NCBI GenBank assembly: GCA_027295305.1
Contig: JAPULC010000024.1
Location: 248 to 64,247, forward strand
From: Gammaproteobacteria bacterium
Lineage (GTDB): Bacteria; Pseudomonadota; Gammaproteobacteria; Pseudomonadales; Azotimanducaceae
Direction: 5' to 3'
DNA: 64,000 bases
Part shown: piece by piece, positions 1-8,086 of the stretch
Position numbering within the stretch: position 1 is the stretch's first letter
Layout: the number at the start of each line of letters is the position of its first letter
Program-made: the position numbers and the translations under genes
The notes under the pieces: model-generated
Databases searched by the model: none
Seen by the model: only the letters and a program-made list of their open reading frames with translations
What the model was told of the DNA's origin: nothing

Positions 1-1
1 G

Positions 2-160
2 AAGGCGCTCCCGTCGGTGAACGGCATGGATGTGATCGTTCGCCACAAGGACTACGCGCCGCTGACTCGAAAGATCCAGCAGATGAGTGAGAGGGTCAGG
101 CGCGTCGAGAGAGCGCGCGAGGTCGAGGACCGACTCGCGCAGGTGGTGGAGGGAACATGA
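2..160 (+). CDS. 3' end of a hypothetical protein (partial, enters from upstream)
   Basis: The frame is open from the window edge (..VIVRHKDYAPLTRKIQQMSERVRRVERAREVEDRLAQVVEGT*). Its TGA overlaps the next ATG as ATGA at 157-160. Confidence 0.4.
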   Translation, partial: KALPSVNGMDVIVRHKDYAPLTRKIQQMSERVRRVERAREVEDRLAQVVEGT

Positions 161-744
161 TCGAGCTGGGAATCCTTGTTGCGATATCGCTGCTGCTCAT
201 CGCCGGCGCCGCATGGCTGATGCGGTTCTTCTGGCGCGGACGTCGGTACCAATGGCCGCAGGGCACACGCAGGCGAGTGGTCTTTCAGGGCTACATCGTC
301 CATGTGATCACACAGGGCGAAGCCGCGAGCCCCGAGCTGCAGGCGGCCTGCATGAAAGCCGTCGCGGCGGCGGGGTTTGCCTGGACGCTTTCCGGCAAGC
401 GCGGCGCCCGCGGCAAGATCGGTGAGGTGGCCATTTGCTTCGTGTCTGACGTGGCCTTTGATAATCACAACTGTGAGCCCCTGCGCCGATCGGCAGCCTA
501 CCTTGATGCGGTGCCCCGCGGCCTGGGCCGACACATGCCGTGCGCGGTGATCCGTACCAGCCTCAAGGCTCACGTGATAGAAAGCGGTGACCCGGTGATC
601 CATGAGGTGATGTGCGTGCTTGATGGCTGGATCGGCCCCTATCCCGAGCCGGACACCTGGGAACTGTCCGAAGCCGCTCGCCCTGTGCAGAAGCGGGCGC
701 TGGAGTGCTATGTGAGTGCAGGGTCCTGGTATATCCAGTACTAA
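157..744 (+). CDS. Hypothetical membrane-anchored protein
   Basis: 195-aa ORF with an N-terminal hydrophobic helix (LGILVAISLLLIAGAAWLM) and GC-rich third codon positions. Confidence 0.6.
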   Translation: MIELGILVAISLLLIAGAAWLMRFFWRGRRYQWPQGTRRRVVFQGYIVHVITQGEAASPELQAACMKAVAAAGFAWTLSGKRGARGKIGEVAICFVSDVAFDNHNCEPLRRSAAYLDAVPRGLGRHMPCAVIRTSLKAHVIESGDPVIHEVMCVLDGWIGPYPEPDTWELSEAARPVQKRALECYVSAGSWYIQY

Positions 745-783
745 GTGGCACGGCCAACCAACCACGCCAGCAGGAGATTGACG

Positions 784-1170
784 ATGACGGATGAACCGAA
801 GCCAGAGGAAAGTCCCCTCAAAGCCGTAGGGCGCGAGTTCGCCCAGATATGCCACACCAGCGGGACCGAGGTCGCCCTCGCCAACCTGATTGCGTTGCAG
901 CAGCGCCAGGCCGCCCGCCTCGCCATCGCGCTCGGGTACACGGACCCGAGTCGGTCACCACCGCCCCCCGGAACCCCGCAGGATGTCATCGATCTGCAGG
1001 GGGACATGGTGCAGGCGTTGCAGCGTGCGGAGACGCGCATGCAGGAATGCGAGTTCTGGCTGACCCAGGCGGCCGCCATCCGCCAGCACATGACTGCCTT
1101 GCTGGGCCGCAAGGCGCCTCCTGCACGCGATGAGCCCGCGCCGGCCGAGGAAGCCGCACCCAATGACTGA
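784..1170 (+). CDS. Hypothetical protein
   Basis: ATG at 784 (MTDEPKPE) preceded by AGGAG. The track start at 745 is a less likely GTG. Confidence 0.6.
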   Translation: MTDEPKPEESPLKAVGREFAQICHTSGTEVALANLIALQQRQAARLAIALGYTDPSRSPPPPGTPQDVIDLQGDMVQALQRAETRMQECEFWLTQAAAIRQHMTALLGRKAPPARDEPAPAEEAAPND

Positions 1171-1636
1171 CCCCGCGAAACTGGAAGCGGCTGCGCGGGC
1201 GTGGATCGCACTGTTCGACAATGACACTTATGGGACCATGCACCTGTCCGATGTCCCGGAGGCAGTCGACCTCCGCGCCGCCCTCGAAGCCGAGCCCACA
1301 CAGGATAGCGTTCCGGGAGACTTCTGTTTTTACTGCGATGGGCCAACTGACTTTCCCACGTGCGATCAATGTGGAGGCCCTCACAACCCGCTGGTCGCCT
1401 GTATTGAGACTTTCCGCACCAAAGCCCATGCAGCCGGCCGGGCTGAGGGGCGGGACGTCGGTCACCGTGAGGCGAGAGACTGGATTCGCAAGCAGGCCGA
1501 CGAGTGGCGAGACGGCGCCAGCAGCGTCAAAGGGCACCATCTCCCGCTCAAGCATGTGTATCGGTGGCTCGACAGGTTGGCGGAGTACGACGCCAAGCTA
1601 CCGGAGGCCGACGATGCCCAGCCCTCCGGTCAATAG
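1163..1636 (+). CDS. Hypothetical Cys-containing protein, paralogue of 12516-13085
   Basis: ATG at 1163 overlaps the upstream stop. It shares LEAEPTQDSVPGD and KAHAAGR motifs with the 12516 product. Confidence 0.65.
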   Translation: MTDPAKLEAAARAWIALFDNDTYGTMHLSDVPEAVDLRAALEAEPTQDSVPGDFCFYCDGPTDFPTCDQCGGPHNPLVACIETFRTKAHAAGRAEGRDVGHREARDWIRKQADEWRDGASSVKGHHLPLKHVYRWLDRLAEYDAKLPEADDAQPSGQ

Positions 1637-1835
1637 CCTCCCCTGCCCCGGCTGCCGGGCCCTGCAGTCCGAGGTGCTCCGGGACCGCCGGGAGTTCAGG
1701 GATGAGGTGCACGAGCTGGAGGGTCGCCTACGCAGGCTGCGACGGGCGGCTGCCGAGCGCTGTGGCATCGTTCCCCTCGCCAGCATGACCGATGCCGAGC
1801 TGATCGAGCGCCTGACGGGGGAGGATGGATCCTAG
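1614..1835 (+). CDS. Hypothetical small protein
   Basis: ATG at 1614 follows GGAGG (1603-1607). The sequence is coiled-coil-like (REFRDEVHELEGRLRRLRRAAAE). It is the only coding-looking frame between 1636 and 1835. Confidence 0.45.
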   Translation: MPSPPVNSLPCPGCRALQSEVLRDRREFRDEVHELEGRLRRLRRAAAERCGIVPLASMTDAELIERLTGEDGS

Positions 1836-2163
1836 CGAGACCAACGAAGCGTTTGCCGACCGCATGCGCCACCGCCGCGACCCCAGCCTGATCCGGACAT
1901 ACCGCACGGACCCCATGCGAGTCAAACGAGGCGAGTCGTCCCGAGCGGTCACCTGGTTTCGAGCGAACTCGCTGACCTGCGCATCGGATGGGAGTTTCAT
2001 GGTGGACCCATACAGAGCCCCGGGAGCCGAGGTAGTCAGATCCGAATGGTTCGAGGCGGACGAGATAGCGCACCACCGAGAGGCTGCTCAGATCCATGTG
2101 GCCATCTATGATGAGCATGTCCCGCCCGGATGGGGCGTGATGGCAATCCCGGACCCGACATGA
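1825..2163 (+). CDS. Hypothetical protein, shared N-terminal motif family
   Basis: 112-aa ORF. Its N-terminus ETNEAFADRMRHRRDPSLIR resembles the N-termini of the 2160 and 2895 products. Confidence 0.6.
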   Translation: MDPSETNEAFADRMRHRRDPSLIRTYRTDPMRVKRGESSRAVTWFRANSLTCASDGSFMVDPYRAPGAEVVRSEWFEADEIAHHREAAQIHVAIYDEHVPPGWGVMAIPDPT

Positions 2164-2474
2164 TGACCACCCACCTATCCGATATCGAGTATGCCGCCCA
2201 CATGAGGGACAAGCGCGACGCCCGGCCGATGCTGACCTTCGTGTGGGATGACGAGTCGAGGCTCTACGCCCACGGGATAGACATGGTAGGCAATCCTACG
2301 GAAGTCCGCATGGGTAGCCCGTCGCTCACGGACATGACGCGCGCCGCCCACATGATCCCGGGCATCATCGTCCATGAGGTCAGCGGCACTCCGAACCACA
2401 ACGGCAATGCCTGGCACCTGCGGGTCGAGTACTCGGCCAAGCGACCCCGAGAGTTTGACAGGCTGGTGCTGTGA
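2160..2474 (+). CDS. Hypothetical protein, shared N-terminal motif family
   Basis: ATG at 2160 overlaps the upstream TGA as ATGA. N-terminus LSDIEYAAHMRDKRDARPML. Confidence 0.6.
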   Translation: MMTTHLSDIEYAAHMRDKRDARPMLTFVWDDESRLYAHGIDMVGNPTEVRMGSPSLTDMTRAAHMIPGIIVHEVSGTPNHNGNAWHLRVEYSAKRPREFDRLVL

Positions 2475-2487
2475 CTCAGGAGAAACG

Positions 2488-2892
2488 ATGACCGACCACG
2501 AACAAGCCAAAGCATTTCTGACCGAAGCCGGCGCCCGCTTCCCGGAACCCTGGATGGGCGAGCCCTTCATACACGTGGAAGCCGCCGAGGAAGTTGACAC
2601 CCAGGTGATCCGCTACGGACCGCCATGCCGTCCGGGCCGTGAAATCTACGAATGGGATGAGATAGCGGACACCGACGTGTATGTGCGCACCTTATCCGAT
2701 GAGGAGTTCGATGCAGAACTCGCACAGTACAATCGAGATGTGAAGCAGTGGAGTAAGGACGGAGGCCAGAAGATAGTGGTGAACGGGCCGCCCAAGCTCA
2801 CCGCCACATTCCGCACGGCCGGCGGCTCATGGTGCGAAGGCATCTGGACGAGCATCGGATGGCAGTGGACAGCATGGGAGATCAGGGGCTGA
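2488..2892 (+). CDS. Hypothetical protein
   Basis: ATG at 2488 (MTDHEQAKAF) with CAGGAG 6 nt upstream. Confidence 0.6.
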   Translation: MTDHEQAKAFLTEAGARFPEPWMGEPFIHVEAAEEVDTQVIRYGPPCRPGREIYEWDEIADTDVYVRTLSDEEFDAELAQYNRDVKQWSKDGGQKIVVNGPPKLTATFRTAGGSWCEGIWTSIGWQWTAWEIRG

Positions 2893-2894
2893 GC

Positions 2895-3227
2895 ATGACC
2901 CAGGACCTATCCAACGAGGACTTCGCCAGGCGGATGCGGGAGCAACGTGGAGAGCCGCGACTGATCCGTCTGCCGGCCGTCATGAGGCAGGGGGAACGGC
3001 TCGCCGAGTTCGCCGAGCAGTGGGAGCGCGTGATGATGAGCGCAGGGCTTTGGCGCAAACCCACTTTGGCGAGCATCGAGAAGACTGTGGAGGCCATGCC
3101 CGGGGTACTGTCCGCAGAGGCCACCGAGACGTCACCAGGAGTCGTCGAAGTCAGCGCGATGGTGCGTGGGCCCGTTATCTACTCGAAGACAATCCGCATA
3201 CCCCTATCATCGGTGCCCCTGCCATGA
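2895..3227 (+). CDS. Hypothetical protein, shared N-terminal motif family
   Basis: ATG at 2895 lies just after the upstream stop. N-terminus LSNEDFARRMREQRGEPRLIR. Its stop overlaps the next ATG as ATGA. Confidence 0.55.
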   Translation: MTQDLSNEDFARRMREQRGEPRLIRLPAVMRQGERLAEFAEQWERVMMSAGLWRKPTLASIEKTVEAMPGVLSAEATETSPGVVEVSAMVRGPVIYSKTIRIPLSSVPLP

Positions 3228-6124
3228 CCAAGAATATCCGAATATACGCGCCTGAGGGCATGGATCGCCTGGAACTCGCCCAGCATGTGATGGGGCCTTC
3301 CTTCCTCCTGAAGGCCGAGCGGCTCAAGTACAGCGAGCGGACCTTTCAGCATTACAAGGCGATGCAGCAGTCGGCGGAGCAGTTTGAGCGCGCCTACCGC
3401 AAGCAAATGGCCAGGATTCTTCAGGCGGTTCGGGCCTACGCGGAAGAAGAGATAATAGATAGCAAACTGAAGAAGGCCGAGCGTAGCCCCTACGATAGTA
3501 TCGCAAATCCCGAGCACCTGAAGGCCATCCGCGCGATCGTCACCGACTACCACCTAGCGTTCATCGCGGCCCGGGTCGGTCCCGAGTACGTGTCGGCCGA
3601 GGACATCCAGCGGATCATCGACAGCGGCATCCTGCCGGCCGACCTGCAGCACACCTACGATCCGGCCCTGGGCGGCGAGCCCGCGACCAGCGCGCAGAGC
3701 ATCGCCGACGCCTACAACTACGGCATTTCCATGGGGCGCGACCCCCGCCTGCGCGGCGTCGCCAGCGTCCTGGGCATCGACCCCTGGCGGACCAAGTACG
3801 GCGATCCGACCCTGTCCAGCCAGGAGCAGGCCGCCCGCACCTGGGCGTCCGGCAACGCGGCCAACACCATCACGGGCCTGGGCAACCGGGTGGGGGACGA
3901 CTTCAGCACCCTGGCCGTCGAGGCCGACGCCGAGCTGCGCGCCAAGTACCAGGCCGACGTCCGCCAGGAGCTGGACATGAACATCGAGCGCCAGCAGTCA
4001 TGGCGGAAGCTCGCGAGCGACCTGGGCCACAGGACCGAGGACTGGTCCCGGGACTTCAAGCGCATCGCGGCGACCGAGAAGCAGGCCGCTATGCAGCAGG
4101 GACTCACCGCGGGGCTCATCGAGCGCGAGGGCGACCCCGACGAGATCAACGTGGCAAAGCAACCGTCGCCTGGCGCCTGTCCAGATTGTGTGCGTTTACA
4201 CTACACCGCAGGTGAAGGCTCACCCCTGCGCATCTTCAAGTTATCTGAACTTCAAGCCAATGGAACGAACGTTGGGAAGAAGCAAAATGCATGGCTAGCC
4301 ACAATTGGGCCAATTCATCCGTGGTGTCACCGGCCGGATGCGGTGGTGGAGACTAGGGAGGGTCCGCGCCCGCTAGCCCTCATCCGGCCGGGTGACCGCG
4401 TGCTCACCCACAAGGGGCGATTCCGACCCGTACAGCGCGTCGCGAAGCGCGCCCACCGGGGCGAGCTTGTGGAACTCCTCAGCGGCGACGAGATCTTCGT
4501 AGCGACGCCAGAGCACCCGTACCTCACTCAGCGCGGATGGGTGGCGGCTTCGGATTTGCAACCGGGCGATCATCTCATGCGCGTTTTGCAACGACCCCTT
4601 GAGGATGTAGGCGCGAATGACAATCCAGCCGAGCGCTTCGAGGTAGGCCGACTTCTGGAGATCCTGGGCGATTTTGCGTTCGGACGAGTGCCACGTTGGG
4701 TCCACCTCTACGGCCGCGAAAATCCCCGGCAGCGCGAGGTCGATGTTGTATGGGCCTACCGCCAGCTGAGGCGTCGGATCAAATCCGTGGCGGCGCAAGG
4801 TGCCGAGCACCTGCTGTTCATACTCCGTCAGGTCGCCGGTTTTCTGTCGCGTCTGAGCCGAGCGGATCTTCTGCACGGCTGGGCGCGGCTTGCCACGGAC
4901 TGCGGCATGAGCGTTGTGTACCATCGCCCGGCGGCCCTCAGCATCCAGTTGATCCCAGAGCAAGCGAGTAGCTTCAGCAGGAGTTCGGATAGTGACGCCA
5001 TTCGCCCGCAACTTGGCGTTGATCGTTTGGGCACAAACCCCATATCTATTTCCGAGTTCGGAAGTCGGAGCGCCAGCAATATAGGCAGCGCACATATCTT
5101 CAATCGGGATGGAAGCAGCCCCGCCTTGGCTGATTTTGATGCCCGCGGCGGCGCTGCGTCGACGGACGGTATTCCCGCTGACCCCAAGCCGGGAAGCGAG
5201 TGCGGACACAGTGATTTCTCCGCGCTCCAAGGGGTCGCGGAATTCCTCAATATCGATGGAGTAGACCATGGCGACACGCTATACCATGGTGTTGAAATTA
5301 ATGAAATCCGTTCACATGAACATGATGGGGAGGTGTATTCGCTGAGCGTTGCCGAGGACGAGTCATATATCGTGGATGGCGTCGTGGTGCACAACTGCGC
5401 TTGTGAACTTATCCATGTGCCCAACGGCTGGGGCTTCAACGAAGACGGCGACCTCATGCCGGAAAGCCTGCTGCGCGCCGAGCTGCTCCCGGGCGACCTG
5501 CGCAAAGCCCACCTGACCTGGGGCAGCGTCGTGCCCGAGCGCGGCGTGGCTGTGCGCCTGGGCGACCCGCAGAAGGTGGCCGTGGCTGACGAGGTCATCG
5601 CGCGCACCCCCCCGGAGATTTTCGACAGGCGCGTGGGCATCACCCTGATCTGCGAAGACGAGCCGCGGGTCGAGAATGCGATGAGCGACCACGACCTCGC
5701 CTACTGGACCGGCAACGAAATCCGCGTGTCGGGCAAGGTCACCGCCGAGATGCTCCGGCACGTGCTCGAACATGAGATAGGCCACTCCCTGAACGTGTGG
5801 CTGATGTACTGCTGGGGCGGCGAGCCGAAGGTCATCGCGTGGCATGCGAAGCTATATCAGGTAAGTGAGGGCGAAGGGTTCGTGAGCGCCTACGCGCAGA
5901 CCGCGCCCATCGAGAATGCGGCCGAGCTGACTCGGCTCTATCTGTACGACCGCAAGCTCATCATGATGCAGTTCCCGCGGGCCTTCGCGATGCTGCACAA
6001 AGCCTACAAAGGGATATGGCGAAAGGGACGCAATGACCGACCACTCGAAGAACGACCCGGCGAGCAAGCCAAGCAACGACAAGACGCCATCGACGAGCGC
6101 AAGCGCGGAGGCGCCCGACTTTGA
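3224..6124 (+). CDS. MuF (SPP1 gp7)-like domain protein with C-terminal HExxH metallopeptidase-like module, interrupted by an intein
   Basis: ATG at 3224 in an ATGA overlap (the track start 3020 is rejected). It has a CPDC...HPW|intein|CACEL MuF signature and HEIGH at 5771-5785. The last ~90 nt overlap the better-coding 6033 frame. Confidence 0.8.
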   Translation: MTKNIRIYAPEGMDRLELAQHVMGPSFLLKAERLKYSERTFQHYKAMQQSAEQFERAYRKQMARILQAVRAYAEEEIIDSKLKKAERSPYDSIANPEHLKAIRAIVTDYHLAFIAARVGPEYVSAEDIQRIIDSGILPADLQHTYDPALGGEPATSAQSIADAYNYGISMGRDPRLRGVASVLGIDPWRTKYGDPTLSSQEQAARTWASGNAANTITGLGNRVGDDFSTLAVEADAELRAKYQADVRQELDMNIERQQSWRKLASDLGHRTEDWSRDFKRIAATEKQAAMQQGLTAGLIEREGDPDEINVAKQPSPGACPDCVRLHYTAGEGSPLRIFKLSELQANGTNVGKKQNAWLATIGPIHPWCHRPDAVVETREGPRPLALIRPGDRVLTHKGRFRPVQRVAKRAHRGELVELLSGDEIFVATPEHPYLTQRGWVAASDLQPGDHLMRVLQRPLEDVGANDNPAERFEVGRLLEILGDFAFGRVPRWVHLYGRENPRQREVDVVWAYRQLRRRIKSVAAQGAEHLLFILRQVAGFLSRLSRADLLHGWARLATDCGMSVVYHRPAALSIQLIPEQASSFSRSSDSDAIRPQLGVDRLGTNPISISEFGSRSASNIGSAHIFNRDGSSPALADFDARGGAASTDGIPADPKPGSECGHSDFSALQGVAEFLNIDGVDHGDTLYHGVEINEIRSHEHDGEVYSLSVAEDESYIVDGVVVHNCACELIHVPNGWGFNEDGDLMPESLLRAELLPGDLRKAHLTWGSVVPERGVAVRLGDPQKVAVADEVIARTPPEIFDRRVGITLICEDEPRVENAMSDHDLAYWTGNEIRVSGKVTAEMLRHVLEHEIGHSLNVWLMYCWGGEPKVIAWHAKLYQVSEGEGFVSAYAQTAPIENAAELTRLYLYDRKLIMMQFPRAFAMLHKAYKGIWRKGRNDRPLEERPGEQAKQRQDAIDERKRGGARL
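4325..5395 (+). mobile_element. Class-1 intein (357 codons) inserted in the MuF HPxCxC motif
   Basis: Starts with Cys (CHRPDAVVET), has a TPEH block-B-like motif, and ends VVVHN followed by Cys+1. Removing it restores HPWCAC. Confidence 0.75.
4373..5269 (-). CDS. Homing-endonuclease-like protein (two HTH units plus Vsr/DUF559-like nuclease core) encoded antisense inside the intein
   Basis: 298-aa ORF with ITVSALASRLGVSGNTVRR, TSELGNRYGVCAQTINAKL and VGPYNIDLALPGIFAAVEVDPTWH. It reads as a real protein, whereas the + frame of the same DNA does not. Confidence 0.65.
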   Translation of the reverse strand: MVYSIDIEEFRDPLERGEITVSALASRLGVSGNTVRRRSAAAGIKISQGGAASIPIEDMCAAYIAGAPTSELGNRYGVCAQTINAKLRANGVTIRTPAEATRLLWDQLDAEGRRAMVHNAHAAVRGKPRPAVQKIRSAQTRQKTGDLTEYEQQVLGTLRRHGFDPTPQLAVGPYNIDLALPGIFAAVEVDPTWHSSERKIAQDLQKSAYLEALGWIVIRAYILKGSLQNAHEMIARLQIRSRHPSALSEVRVLWRRYEDLVAAEEFHKLAPVGALRDALYGSESPLVGEHAVTRPDEG

Positions 6125-6398
6125 GGCGGAGATGGGCTCGCGCCTTCTGTTCCTAATGCTCGGGGATGATAGTGCGGTCCCAGGGTTGTGGTATTCGCAG
6201 CCGGAATGGTGCCGAAGAGCATGGCGGCGCGTGTACGAAGATCGACACGACCCGCGCGCATCGATGAATGCGTATTGGGACGGTGTAACCGCCGATGGCC
6301 GGCCCATTGGGGGATGGGACAAGGTGGCCAAGTCTTTCCGAGATAGATGGGCAAGAGCGCTGGAAGCGTTGCCCGCGCGGATGGCGAGGCAAGTATGA
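6033..6398 (+). CDS. Hypothetical protein
   Basis: ATG at 6033 (MTDHSKND). Third-position GC in 6033-6124 is much higher in this frame than in the overlapping MuF frame. An alternative start is ATG 6132. Confidence 0.55.
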   Translation: MTDHSKNDPASKPSNDKTPSTSASAEAPDFEAEMGSRLLFLMLGDDSAVPGLWYSQPEWCRRAWRRVYEDRHDPRASMNAYWDGVTADGRPIGGWDKVAKSFRDRWARALEALPARMARQV

Positions 6399-6874
6399 CC
6401 GACGAGGCGAAGGGAAGCGCGGAGGTGCCCGACTCTGGCGGGCGTGCCATGTACGAGGGCTTTCTTCGGTGCATGAACGTGGAGGGTCGCCCATGGGGTG
6501 AGCTGGAGGTCGCTGAGATTCGCGCTTGGGGCCGAGCAGCAGCGGTTGCGCTGTGCGCTCCGATTTCTGCGGGGCACGCAGCTTTCATGGCCTACGAAGT
6601 GGACAGCCGCCACGAGTCGAAGATTGCGCTGAGCCCTCCGGCCGCATGGGAGCACTGCCCGGCAGACTTCAGGGCGGCGTGGGAACAGGCAGCCCTGAAG
6701 ATGCGGGACGACGTGGAAGCGCCCGACTCCGAGACCGACCTATTAGAAGCGGCATCCAACATGGTTTGCTATCTGTACGACATGCACAACGATGACGCGG
6801 GCCTTCAAAGCCGACGCGAGATCCTGTGTGTGGCCATCGCGGCCGAGCGCGATCGGCGGAGGGTCAAGCGATGA
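6395..6874 (+). CDS. Hypothetical protein
   Basis: ATG at 6395 (MTDEAKGS) in an ATGA overlap with the upstream stop. Confidence 0.6.
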   Translation: MTDEAKGSAEVPDSGGRAMYEGFLRCMNVEGRPWGELEVAEIRAWGRAAAVALCAPISAGHAAFMAYEVDSRHESKIALSPPAAWEHCPADFRAAWEQAALKMRDDVEAPDSETDLLEAASNMVCYLYDMHNDDAGLQSRREILCVAIAAERDRRRVKR

Positions 6875-7329
6875 GCGACAAGACCTGGCCGGTTTTCGAC
6901 GCAGAGGGGGAGCCCGTCTCTGATGCGGAGCGGGAACGCGTGCTGGCGCTGTTGTCGGATCGGGCGAGGCGATACATAGAGACGGATTTCTCGCAGCGGC
7001 CGCGAGTGCCCATTGGGGCCGACAGCAAGCGCCATGTCACCTGGGACGGCAGCACGGTGATCGAGACGTACGACTCGGAGGTCACGAGCGCCACGGGTCT
7101 GTTGCTGCCAACCGCAACTGTGTTCCTCCCCCTGGACGTCGAGGAGATGGCGCGGCTGTACTTCGGCCTGGTCGAGCTGGACGCCGATGTGGTGGCCGCA
7201 TTCAACGCGGCCGTGGACGACGGGTCGCCGCTGTACCCCGGCGGGGAACCGTCGCTCCAGCGTAGCTACGAGCCTAACCAGGAGCTGCCCATCGTGGACG
7301 ACCTGCGCAGGAGAGGAGTGATCAGATGA
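6871..7329 (+). CDS. Hypothetical protein, tandem paralogue of 7326-7847
   Basis: ATGA overlap. It shares LPLD(V/I)E..(M/I)A....L and FN(A/D)AVD.G motifs with the next gene. Confidence 0.65.
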   Translation: MSDKTWPVFDAEGEPVSDAERERVLALLSDRARRYIETDFSQRPRVPIGADSKRHVTWDGSTVIETYDSEVTSATGLLLPTATVFLPLDVEEMARLYFGLVELDADVVAAFNAAVDDGSPLYPGGEPSLQRSYEPNQELPIVDDLRRRGVIR

Positions 7330-7847
7330 GCAATGACAAGACGACACCAAAGTTCGCCGTGGTCGCAGACGCAAGCCTACCCGAAGGTACGGCCGAGATG
7401 CGTGGCACAGACGGTAGCGTGGTCAGCATCGAGAACCTGAGCAGATCACCCTACATGAGCAAGGGGTCCATCGACTTCGATGAGTCGAAGTTGACCTTCC
7501 AATCGCACATGTACGTGGACGCATGGCGCAAGCAAGCGGGGTTCGCATCCAGGATCCCACTGGGGCCGCCCGGCGAGCGCTATGTCGCATGGACCGACCT
7601 CACCGTAGTCGAGGTGTTCGATTGGCGCGTCTACCGCGAGGTGGTGCCAGGGATGCGGTTCTACCATCTCCCACAGGCGGCCATCTGCCTGCCGCTGGAC
7701 ATCGAGGTGATCGCGGACATGCATCACAAGCTGCAGGTTGGCGACCCGGAGATGCTCGCCAAGTTCAACGATGCCGTGGACCACGGGACTAGCGTGCACC
7801 CGAGCGTCGAGGTTGATGTGGTGCTCAGTTTGGTACCGGTCCCATGA
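7326..7847 (+). CDS. Hypothetical protein, tandem paralogue of 6871-7329
   Basis: ATGA overlap, with the paralogy motifs described for 6871-7329. Confidence 0.65.
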   Translation: MSNDKTTPKFAVVADASLPEGTAEMRGTDGSVVSIENLSRSPYMSKGSIDFDESKLTFQSHMYVDAWRKQAGFASRIPLGPPGERYVAWTDLTVVEVFDWRVYREVVPGMRFYHLPQAAICLPLDIEVIADMHHKLQVGDPEMLAKFNDAVDHGTSVHPSVEVDVVLSLVPVP

Positions 7848-8086
7848 GCGACAAGCGCGTCACGGTACTCCTGATACCCGCTTCGGCGCAGTACTCCGCC
7901 GAAGAGCTGCGCAAGACGGCCGCCAAAGGAACGTACAGCGATACCGTCACCAATGACGCGGGGGAGAGCATCGGCAAGTTGGACCGCATATGGTTCGATG
8001 AAGACGAGCAAGCGCTCATGGGCTTGGCCGTAGTCGATGAGTCGGAACTTCTCCCGAAGACGGATCGTGTGAGGCTGTTGCATTGA
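7844..8086 (+). CDS. Hypothetical protein
   Basis: 80-aa ORF in an ATGA overlap with the upstream gene. Confidence 0.55.
   Translation: MSDKRVTVLLIPASAQYSAEELRKTAAKGTYSDTVTNDAGESIGKLDRIWFDEDEQALMGLAVVDESELLPKTDRVRLLH

Noticed and set aside
3020-3223. The upstream extension of the MuF ORF, from the track start at 3020.
   Set aside because: The first 68 codons overlap the better-coding 2895-3227 gene and read as Arg-rich nonsense. ATG 3224 forms an ATGA overlap with that gene's stop.
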